Origin: Bdellovibrionales bacterium
Lineage (GTDB): Bacteria; Myxococcota; XYA12-FULL-58-9; SYDY01
DNA length: 64,000 bases
Reading direction: 5' to 3'
Assembly (NCBI GenBank): GCA_005801425.1
Contig: SYDY01000088.1
Location: 21,290 to 85,289 of the forward strand
Part shown: positions 36,364 to 44,284 of the stretch, in pieces
How the letters are laid out: each line of letters begins with the position of its first letter
Numbering within the stretch: the stretch's first letter is position 1
The notes under the pieces: model-generated
What the model saw: the letters and a program-made list of their open reading frames with translations, nothing else
Told to the model about the DNA's origin: nothing
Database searches by the model: none
Made by a program: the position numbers and the translations under genes

Positions 36364-37509
36364 ATGTCGCAACAACGGACCTTGCTCGTTATTTCAGGCA
36401 CACCACACGCTTTGCGTGGCAACGATGTGGTTGGGTGGGGCCCCACGGTTCGTGAACTTTCACATCTTGGTTCTCGTTATCATCTTGTTCACATTGCACC
36501 GCTAAGTACCGTAGGGGCACAGCTTGCTGCGCCCCCTTCTTATTTACCCTACACATGCCCTGTGCGTTTTGTTTCTGTCCCCATGGTGGGTGGTGCACGG
36601 TTTTGGAATAAAATCAGTGTTTTTCTTGCCTTTTTTCCAACAGCCCTTGCGATTGCGCGTGAGGCACGAAAAGCAGATCTGATCCATGTGCGAGGCCCTC
36701 ATGCCATTGCGATGCTTGCCGTGTTGCTATTGGACTTACTTCGGTTCAGAAAACCTTGTTGGCTTAAATATGCCGGTACTTGGAAAGCATACCATCAAGA
36801 GCCATGGTCGTTTCGCGTTCAGCGTAAGATTTTTGAACGCGCGCGTAAACATTGCTTTGTGAGCGTTAATGGCGAATCGCAAGGGTCCCATATTCATGGA
36901 TTTCTTAATCCGTGCGTGACATCCTCTGATATACGCAATGCACATGAAATGCTGAAACAAAAGTGTTTGTCTGAACCACTGCGATTGGTGTTCGCCGGAC
37001 GTGTCGACGAAGGCAAAGGGATTGCGATTGCAATTCGTGTTTTAAAAAGGCTTTGTGATGCAGGGATTGCTGCTGAACTTGACGTGATCGGAGATGGTCC
37101 GTTGCGCGCTCAGGTTGAACGTGACGTCCATGGTTTCGATCTTACAACACGCTGTCGCTTTCATGGGTGGCAGCCTGTTCGTGTTGTTCATGCGATGTTT
37201 AAGCAAGGTCATTTTCTTGTCCTCCCCTCTTATGGAGAAGGTTGGCCTAAGGTGGCCGGTGAGGCGATGACCTATGGCTGTGTTCCCATTGTGGCAGACA
37301 CGGGCAACACATTGGATGTTCTCTCCGATGCGCCATACCCGCTTGTTGTTTGCGAACGCAATGAAATCGCTTTTGCTGAACGTATCAAAAATATTATTGA
37401 AGTACCCGGGCGTTGGGATAAACTTTCAGCCTATGCACAAAAACGTGCACCCGATTTTTCATACGAGCATTTCATGGAACGCATCACAGGACTTCTTGAA
37501 GCGGTCTAA
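36364..37509 (+). CDS. glycosyltransferase, GT4-like
   Basis: C-terminal EGWPKVAGEAMTYGCVPIV (E-x7-E region); 381 aa. Confidence 0.75.
   Translation: MSQQRTLLVISGTPHALRGNDVVGWGPTVRELSHLGSRYHLVHIAPLSTVGAQLAAPPSYLPYTCPVRFVSVPMVGGARFWNKISVFLAFFPTALAIAREARKADLIHVRGPHAIAMLAVLLLDLLRFRKPCWLKYAGTWKAYHQEPWSFRVQRKIFERARKHCFVSVNGESQGSHIHGFLNPCVTSSDIRNAHEMLKQKCLSEPLRLVFAGRVDEGKGIAIAIRVLKRLCDAGIAAELDVIGDGPLRAQVERDVHGFDLTTRCRFHGWQPVRVVHAMFKQGHFLVLPSYGEGWPKVAGEAMTYGCVPIVADTGNTLDVLSDAPYPLVVCERNEIAFAERIKNIIEVPGRWDKLSAYAQKRAPDFSYEHFMERITGLLEAV
36511..36536. repeat. GTAG-headed palindromic REP-like unit inside the glycosyltransferase ORF
   Basis: GTAGGGGCACAGCTTGCTGCGCCCCC, read in frame as VGAQLAAP. Confidence 0.7.
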
Positions 37510-37514
37510 GAGCA

Positions 37515-38072
37515 ATGTTATGCAATGGACGAGCCGCATGGGTGGGGAATTCCGTGCGATTATTAATTTTGTTTGTCATTTTTTTCTTTTCATATCCTGC
37601 AAATGCTTATGCCAGTAGTATTGCTGGCCGTTACGTCTATTCCGGTCAACGTGTTGAAGACGAAGCGCGCATTCGGCAAGCGATTGATATTTCTGTAAAA
37701 CCGATGAATGCGCTTTTACGTCCTATCGCGCGTATGAAACTCACAAGACGCAATGTTGTGATCTCTGAACTCGAATTGCGTGACCAAAATGGAAATATGT
37801 TTGTGCGCATGGATAAAAAAGAAGCAACCATGCCAAATAATGGGGTGCAAGGTGATTACATTGCTACCGATGGAACTCCCGTGAAGTTATCTCATCGTGT
37901 GAGCCAAGATGTTTGGACACAAGTTTATAGAGGTGATGGGGGAACACAAACCCATGTATTTACCCGCCAGCCCGACGGGATCTTACGCATGGAGGTGAGC
38001 GTTGAAAGCAAGCGACTTGCGATCCCGCTGCGCTATGTCTTGCGATTTGTTCCAAGTGTTCAGTCGATATAA
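37515..38072 (+). CDS. secreted hypothetical protein (185 aa)
   Basis: Signal peptide (LLILFVIFFFSYPANAYA). No domain recognised. Confidence 0.5.
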   Translation: MLCNGRAAWVGNSVRLLILFVIFFFSYPANAYASSIAGRYVYSGQRVEDEARIRQAIDISVKPMNALLRPIARMKLTRRNVVISELELRDQNGNMFVRMDKKEATMPNNGVQGDYIATDGTPVKLSHRVSQDVWTQVYRGDGGTQTHVFTRQPDGILRMEVSVESKRLAIPLRYVLRFVPSVQSI

Positions 38073-38134
38073 GCACAACGCAAGTGCGATAATGACGATA
38101 ACTTATTTATACCTCGTGCAGGGGTGAGACATCA

Positions 38135-38758
38135 ATGAGCGCAGTGCAACCTCTCGCAAGAACTATTTTGAGTGCGCCTGGAACTATGCCAGTCGCAGCA
38201 CCTACGCGAAATTACAGAACTCTCGATACGGTGGAACGTGTAAAAACGCCCAGCGTTGCATCCTCGCTATCTGATTATTCTGAAAAGCATCAACCCTCCT
38301 CGTCTCGTGAAGGGGTTGAACATGGGATTGCACGGGTATCAGGCTGGGTGGGCGGCTTCGTTTATTTTGTATCGTGCCTTTGGATCCCGCTCGCGATTGT
38401 AGGCGGTTTGGTGTACGCCGCGATGGGACTCTTTACGCCCGATGATAAAGAAAATTTAGATTACAAGCGTGGTGCTGTTTTTGGTGGGATCATACTGGGG
38501 GTAGGTGCTTTTTTGGGTGGCGTTACGGCTACAGCAACATGGCTGGCTTTTTCTCCTGTGTTACTCGGATTGCATGGCATCGATGCGATGCGTAATACAC
38601 CTCATAAACGACCTGATGTTTTGTCAAGTTTTGTGCATGCTGTAGAGCAAGGCGGTTACGACGGTGGGTTGTTCTTGCTTCGTATGGGTGATCGTCCTGG
38701 TGAAGAGCTCAACATGCCGGGTGATGTTTCTGACCTAGAAAATAAGACCAGATGTTGA
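38135..38758 (+). CDS. hypothetical membrane protein with two paired hydrophobic hairpins
   Basis: About 75 polar N-terminal residues, then GWVGGFVYFVSCLWIPLAIVGGLVYAAMGLF and GAVFGGIILGVGAFLGGVTATATWLAFSPVLLGL. Confidence 0.5.
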   Translation: MSAVQPLARTILSAPGTMPVAAPTRNYRTLDTVERVKTPSVASSLSDYSEKHQPSSSREGVEHGIARVSGWVGGFVYFVSCLWIPLAIVGGLVYAAMGLFTPDDKENLDYKRGAVFGGIILGVGAFLGGVTATATWLAFSPVLLGLHGIDAMRNTPHKRPDVLSSFVHAVEQGGYDGGLFLLRMGDRPGEELNMPGDVSDLENKTRC

Positions 38759-38789
38759 TCCCAAGGTTCCTTTGCGCTTTGTGAGCGCT

Positions 38790-40379
38790 ATGAAACTGCA
38801 TTTCTCCCGTATAGCGATGTTGGTTGCATGTCATGCATGCATTCCCGCTCTTCCTTCGCCTGTCAACGATATTATCGACGGAGAAAAAGACGCTCAATCC
38901 GATACGGAACCAGGCCCAATTCCTTTTGTCCAAGATGGGGTAGGCGCTGCATGGCGTGATCACGCCGGTGATTTTATTGCAGAACCAGGGCGTTGGCATT
39001 TTTCTCGGGTCTTTGATGGACGTTTCAATGTTTTGGTGATCGCAAGCGAAGGACATGATCGTGTGGGTTCTGTCCTATGGTCGATGCCTTTGGTCGATAT
39101 CCTCTCAGCACTTCCCAAAAATACGCATCTTATCTTTGCGTCGAATGATCTTGATGCTGCTGAGAAAGCAGAAACAAAACAACAAGAACTTTTTTCTTGG
39201 TTAGAAAAACTCACGCCAGAAGATGCGCGCGATGTGTTTTCTCGAATTCATGTCATTGATGCTAAAAGTACCACCAAAGACGATTGGATGGGTTCTGTGG
39301 TATACGCCCATGGACCAGGCGTTTTTATGATCTCGCGGGCGCAAGAGTTGCGCAGTGTGGCGAATGTGATGACTTCATCGGGCCCCGATCTTGCGGCACT
39401 TGCACGTGAATTGGTGGCACTTAATCGAGAAGCGGAAGACCAACAGGCGTTGCGAAATCTTGATGCGTTTTCCGTGGATGTTTTTAAGATGCATCCCCAT
39501 CTTGGTGGATGGGGGGATGGTGCAAATTCCTTTGCTGAGATCATATTGCCGAGCAATGAGGTGCTTGAACATGCCAATCGTGTGCATGTCGAATTGCTTC
39601 TCGCTTGTGAAGGGCGCGATGAAGGGACCTGTCCTGCATGGGATCGTACAGTGCAACTTTTTGTTTGCGATCCGTTAGAACCCAACACATGCGAACATGA
39701 AATTGCACGGTGGATTTCTCCCTACCATCGTGAAGGATGGTGGCTTACCGATATTTCTTCCATGCTACCGTTGATGCATTCTGGTGGTCCTGTGCGCTTT
39801 CGACTTTTGCATCATAACGGTCAGCCCATCTCTGTTCGTTTGCATTTTTCGAACGATGGGAGCAGCAAGCGTCCTATCGGTATTCAAAAATTATGGCGCG
39901 GTGGCGTGTTCAATGCGGATTACAATCAGGGCCGTGAAGCGATTGCACTCAAGGCCCCTGAGGGTGCGACTTCTGCACAACTTGCTGTTCTTGTGACAGG
40001 GCATGGATTTGGAAAAGACACGTTGAATTGCGCAGAATTTTGTAATCACACACATTACTTTGGCATGGGAACAAGCACATGGGGCAAACGACATCCTGAA
40101 GCGGGAAGTAGTGATGGATGCTTGATACGCGTGGCCGAAGGTGTTGTGCCCAACCAATGGGGCACCTGGTACTATGGCCGCGGGGGTTGGTGCCCAGGGC
40201 AAGACGTGGGCTGGTGGACGGTTGATGTTCCTATGGTGGGTGAGATGACCTACGAAGGTGGCGTGAATGATCAGGCCTATGTGCCGGTGTTAAACAACAA
40301 CGTTGCACCCAATGCCTTTGATTCAAATATCGAAATGACAAGTTATATTGTGTACTACGAAGGTAAGTGGTCTTTTTGA
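38790..40379 (+). CDS. PNGase F-like (peptide-N4-(N-acetyl-beta-glucosaminyl)asparagine amidase F family) protein with extra N-terminal region
   Basis: CPAWDRTVQLFV, ARWISPY, VTGHGFG, NCAEFCNHTHYF and RGGWCPGQDV. These parallel the CDEWDR, GRFITPYW, ISGWGHA, GCAEWCFRTH and RAGWCPGMAV motifs I recall from Elizabethkingia PNGase F. Signal-like N-terminus. Confidence 0.65.
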   Translation: MKLHFSRIAMLVACHACIPALPSPVNDIIDGEKDAQSDTEPGPIPFVQDGVGAAWRDHAGDFIAEPGRWHFSRVFDGRFNVLVIASEGHDRVGSVLWSMPLVDILSALPKNTHLIFASNDLDAAEKAETKQQELFSWLEKLTPEDARDVFSRIHVIDAKSTTKDDWMGSVVYAHGPGVFMISRAQELRSVANVMTSSGPDLAALARELVALNREAEDQQALRNLDAFSVDVFKMHPHLGGWGDGANSFAEIILPSNEVLEHANRVHVELLLACEGRDEGTCPAWDRTVQLFVCDPLEPNTCEHEIARWISPYHREGWWLTDISSMLPLMHSGGPVRFRLLHHNGQPISVRLHFSNDGSSKRPIGIQKLWRGGVFNADYNQGREAIALKAPEGATSAQLAVLVTGHGFGKDTLNCAEFCNHTHYFGMGTSTWGKRHPEAGSSDGCLIRVAEGVVPNQWGTWYYGRGGWCPGQDVGWWTVDVPMVGEMTYEGGVNDQAYVPVLNNNVAPNAFDSNIEMTSYIVYYEGKWSF

Positions 40380-40444
40380 CGCATATTGCTCACTTTTGCC
40401 TCGCCATCCGTGTGCAGGGATTGACAGTACGACGTATCTTTTCA

Positions 40445-41686
40445 ATGAATCGTATACGGCCGCTATGGGAGGTTTCCATGGCAGTGATTCAACCACTCAA
40501 TCGTATTACGGCATCACCGGGTTCAAACGTCATTGTGTCGTCGGAACGTTCATTTGATCTTCGTCCGGGGTCATGTGTTGGCAGTACCGAAAATGGTGCG
40601 TGTGTTCGAGGTCAAATTCTTTTTCATGGCGAAATTGAACGTGGCGAATCACATGTTGGCTTATTCGGCCGACTTAAACGTGTTTTTCGTGGTTCACCCG
40701 AGGATGTTTCCGTATGGGTTTCCCTTCCAGGCATAGGTGCCGAACGCATATCGACGCATGCACGGGCTGATTCTTGCGGTCGCTTTTCTGCAGAATTTGA
40801 TCAATTGCCAGGATTAAGTGGTCCGGCGAAAAATACAGTGTGGACACATCAAGCTTCGGTTGAAGCGGAGGTTGTGCAGCGTTCTTGGATCAATCGCAAA
40901 CTGGGATGGTTGCCTGGCTTTGCGAGTTTTACACATGCGGCCCTACGTGAATACCGGCATGTGGGTACAATTGACGTTGTGGTTCCAGGCCCGGGTCGAA
41001 AATTGTGTGTGCTTTCGGATATTGATGGCACGGCATTGCGAATGGATATGGGGCGCACACTGCGAACAGGTGAGTACGCTTGGGCCGAGGGGATGTGCGA
41101 CCTTTTAAAGAGAATGGAAAAACACGGAACCGTTGGATTTGTGTCCGGATCACCTGTTGAGCTGTATCCAGAACTTTGGCGAACGCTCAAAGAAGATTCT
41201 GGCTTTAAACTTGAAGCGGGTTTGCATCTTAAAAATTGGTGGACCACACCACCCCGTGCACAGCGTGGCTATAAACTTGAGACCATTCTTGATATTTCTA
41301 AGCATCTTGCACCGAATACTGATCTTGTTTTAATAGGTGACGATCCTGAAAGTGATCCTGTTATTTGTGATGCCATTCGAAAAATAATCAATGAAAAATT
41401 GGATGTTACTGCCATCCGAGCATTGCTTGGCGATATGGGTGTTGAAGAACAATACTTTGATGTCATTGTCGCCCACGCAAATACAGTGCGTGAACATCAA
41501 ATCTATGTTGCGGGTGTATGGATCCGTGAGTGGTCGCGTGAAGGCATCGACCGTCCCGAGAGCTGGCCAAAAGAGAATGAAGCGTTGGGGATCCACTATG
41601 TGTCGGGAAGCATGGCAGGGGCTCGAAACCTGGGCGAATATTTTAATAGAGAGGTTCTTCCAAGACTTTCGTCACGCATTTCGTAG
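40445..41686 (+). CDS. App1/LNS2-like (DUF2183-type) HAD phosphatase, possibly a phosphatidate phosphatase
   Basis: DxDxT motif in CVLSDIDGTAL and the later LIGDDPESDP motif. Start uncertain (40445 or 40478). Confidence 0.45.
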   Translation: MNRIRPLWEVSMAVIQPLNRITASPGSNVIVSSERSFDLRPGSCVGSTENGACVRGQILFHGEIERGESHVGLFGRLKRVFRGSPEDVSVWVSLPGIGAERISTHARADSCGRFSAEFDQLPGLSGPAKNTVWTHQASVEAEVVQRSWINRKLGWLPGFASFTHAALREYRHVGTIDVVVPGPGRKLCVLSDIDGTALRMDMGRTLRTGEYAWAEGMCDLLKRMEKHGTVGFVSGSPVELYPELWRTLKEDSGFKLEAGLHLKNWWTTPPRAQRGYKLETILDISKHLAPNTDLVLIGDDPESDPVICDAIRKIINEKLDVTAIRALLGDMGVEEQYFDVIVAHANTVREHQIYVAGVWIREWSREGIDRPESWPKENEALGIHYVSGSMAGARNLGEYFNREVLPRLSSRIS

Positions 41687-41735
41687 TCACTTGTGTTGGA
41701 TTCCCGCTTTTCTCATAAAGTTGAATTGAAACTAT

Positions 41736-41812
41736 TGTAGGGGCGGTTCGTGAACCGCCCGATAAAATTTTGATTCAAAGACCGCACGGGCGCTTCGCGA
41801 AGCGCCCCTACA
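41736..41812. repeat. 77-bp REPIN/BIME-like doublet: two inverted GTAG-headed palindromic units around a 27-nt linker
   Basis: TGTAGGGGCGGTTCGTGAACCGCCC + 27-nt linker + GGGCGCTTCGCGAAGCGCCCCTACA. A second copy at 48210-48286 is its reverse complement with 3 mismatches. Confidence 0.85.
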
Positions 41813-41887
41813 ATATGATGTGTTATGGCGGGAACCCAGAAACGAGTAAACCCTTGCTGACACACGATCCATTCGTTACAACATGGC

Positions 41888-43228
41888 ATGTTTACGGCAA
41901 CTCTCATGGCTATGTTTTGTTTTGCGTTGCCTGCCGAAGAAATCGCTGCAACCATCTCATCAACAGACATCACGTTGCGGGATGCGATGATGCGTGCACT
42001 TGCGCATGCCCCAGAAATGCAGCGCATTCAATCAGATACCGATCGGACGCGAGCGCAAGATGGCCGTGTTTTTATGGTGTACACGCCTCGTTTCGATTTT
42101 CGTGCGAATTACACACGCTGGGAGCACAAAACATTCCCTGATCTTAACTTTGGCGGCGTTACAGTGCCATCGGAATCCGCATTTCCTCAGTTGCTCAATA
42201 ATTATGGGTTGAGTGCCTCTATTGATATTATGCTTTCTGATTATTTATGGAAAATGCCCTCTTTGCATGCTCTGGCCAAGCAGTCCCATCGGGTTCAGTT
42301 GGCGCGCGCGCGTGCGGAGGCTGAAAAGTACGCATGGCTTGCTGCACAAACCTATTTGACCACGTTGCGTGACGCATCGGCAACCGAAGTCACCGAAGCC
42401 GCGGCAGCTACACTCAAGCAGCGTGCTGAACGTATGAAGGCGCTGCAATCGGCGGGTGAGGATGTCACCGAAGCCGATGTCATGCGTCTGAAAGCGGAAG
42501 CGGCACGGGCGGATGCGCAAGCTGCCCAGATGCGAGGTCAAATGCAAAGCGAGCGTTTGCGTTTGGCTTACATGATTGATGTGTCACCGGAAAATATGAA
42601 ACTTGTATTTGACGTGAATGAAATCGCGCAACCTTTGATCATGACGGTTGAAGAAGCACTGCTGGCGGCAGAAAAAGAGCGGGCAGAATTGCATATGCTT
42701 GAAGAACAAGCTGCAAAGCAAGATGCGCAAATTAAGTACAGTTTTAGTCAAATGTTCCCGACGCTGAGCGTGAAGGGGCAGTACGATTATTCAAATCCCA
42801 ATCTGCGTATTTTGCCAATCCAAGATAAATTTCAAGGGGTATGGCAGGTGCAGGCCCGTGCAGAATGGTCTCCCAACGATACGGTGCGCGCCAATACCGA
42901 ATGGAACGATGCAAAAATTGCTAAAACGGGCATCTATGCCGATATTCAAGCCATACGAAATGCCATCGCGATTGAAGTGCGCAGCGCTTTTACCTCATGG
43001 GAAGCAGCCCAGCGTATGTCGTCTGCAGCCATGGCACAATGGGAAGCTGCAGGTCGTGCCTTTCGCGATTTAGAGCGTTTGTTTGCCGCAGGATCGGTAC
43101 CCGCACAGCAGCTTCTTGATGGTGAGTTGGCATTTAGGCAGGCTGCACTTGCGCGCATTGATGCGGCGGTGTCGTTGCATCTGACACGTTTGCAGTTTGA
43201 TAAATCGATTGGGCGACTTACGAAGTAG
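41888..43228 (+). CDS. TolC-family outer-membrane efflux protein
   Basis: 446 aa with a two-fold repeated coiled-coil/beta pattern. First gene of the MFP/RND operon. Confidence 0.8.
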   Translation: MFTATLMAMFCFALPAEEIAATISSTDITLRDAMMRALAHAPEMQRIQSDTDRTRAQDGRVFMVYTPRFDFRANYTRWEHKTFPDLNFGGVTVPSESAFPQLLNNYGLSASIDIMLSDYLWKMPSLHALAKQSHRVQLARARAEAEKYAWLAAQTYLTTLRDASATEVTEAAAATLKQRAERMKALQSAGEDVTEADVMRLKAEAARADAQAAQMRGQMQSERLRLAYMIDVSPENMKLVFDVNEIAQPLIMTVEEALLAAEKERAELHMLEEQAAKQDAQIKYSFSQMFPTLSVKGQYDYSNPNLRILPIQDKFQGVWQVQARAEWSPNDTVRANTEWNDAKIAKTGIYADIQAIRNAIAIEVRSAFTSWEAAQRMSSAAMAQWEAAGRAFRDLERLFAAGSVPAQQLLDGELAFRQAALARIDAAVSLHLTRLQFDKSIGRLTK

Positions 43229-43234
43229 AGGAAA

Positions 43235-44284
43235 ATGATGCGTTTTACATGGTTAATGGGCCTATGGATGGTCGTTGCGTGTTCGGGTGAAGATGAAAAA
43301 AAAGTGGCATCACCCCGTGAGATCCCCAATGCAAAAGCAACACGGGTGGAAACACGCATGGTACATGTTGGTCCGGCGGTATTGGTACTTGAATTGCCAG
43401 GTGAAGTGGGATCTTTGCACGATGCGTCGCTTGCCTCACCCCGAGGTGGCTATGTTGAACGGGTGATGGCCAAACGCGGTGATTATGTACGTGCAGGGAC
43501 AAGCCTAGCTCAGATTGATTCGACTGCTGCCCGTGCCGATGCGGCCCGCGCAGAAGCCGAATGGACGCTTGCCAAAACGGAAATGGATGTGGTGCTTCAG
43601 GCGCCCGATAGTGTTTCCAATGCACGACGTACACGTGCCATTGCCCAATTGAAATCCGCCGAAGCCAATCATGCCTTGGCGAAAGCGATGATGAACCGTT
43701 CGCAAATCATCGCGCCGTTTTCAGGTGTTGTGAATGACATTGATGTGGAAGTGGGTGAAGTGCTTGCGCCAGGCATGCGTGTGGCGCGCATAGTGGATGT
43801 TGATCATCTCAAAGTATCCGTGTCTGTATCTGATCGTGATATTGCATGGACGAAGCAAGGCGTGGATGCGGTAGTCAAAGCCGATGGAGGCCGGATCACG
43901 TTGAAAACCAAAGTGGCACGTGTGGACGCAGCCGCCGACATGGAAACTCGAACATTTATTGCAGAACTGGATGTCTCGTCGGGAAGCGGTTTGCGTCCAG
44001 GGATGCTCGTGACGGTCATGCTTTCTGCGCAAGCGGGTCAAACAGTGATTACAATACCGCAGTATGCATTGGTGACACGCGGGATCGCCAATGGCGTTTT
44101 TGTGGTGAAAGATGGAAAAGCCCATTGGCGCGATATTGTGGCCGGTGGTTTGCTTTCGCATGACATCATCGTCGAAAAAGGGCTTCAAAAGGGTGATGAA
44201 ATTGTCGTTCGTGGCCATCGTGAACTTACTGAGGGTGATCCTGTGTTGGTGGTGCGCGATACTGTCGAAGGCGAAACCCCATGA
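43235..44284 (+). CDS. efflux RND periplasmic adaptor (membrane fusion protein)
   Basis: Lipobox MVVAC, HlyD/AcrA-like coiled-coil hairpin and barrel regions. ATGA overlap with the RND pump. Confidence 0.85.
   Translation: MMRFTWLMGLWMVVACSGEDEKKVASPREIPNAKATRVETRMVHVGPAVLVLELPGEVGSLHDASLASPRGGYVERVMAKRGDYVRAGTSLAQIDSTAARADAARAEAEWTLAKTEMDVVLQAPDSVSNARRTRAIAQLKSAEANHALAKAMMNRSQIIAPFSGVVNDIDVEVGEVLAPGMRVARIVDVDHLKVSVSVSDRDIAWTKQGVDAVVKADGGRITLKTKVARVDAAADMETRTFIAELDVSSGSGLRPGMLVTVMLSAQAGQTVITIPQYALVTRGIANGVFVVKDGKAHWRDIVAGGLLSHDIIVEKGLQKGDEIVVRGHRELTEGDPVLVVRDTVEGETP

Noticed and set aside
41713-42141. ORFs 41713-42027 (-) and 41770-42141 (+) spanning the 77-bp repeat
   Set aside because: They consist largely of translated repeat (GALREAPVRSLNQNFIGRFTNRPY) and overlap the TolC start region. 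They are most likely not genes.
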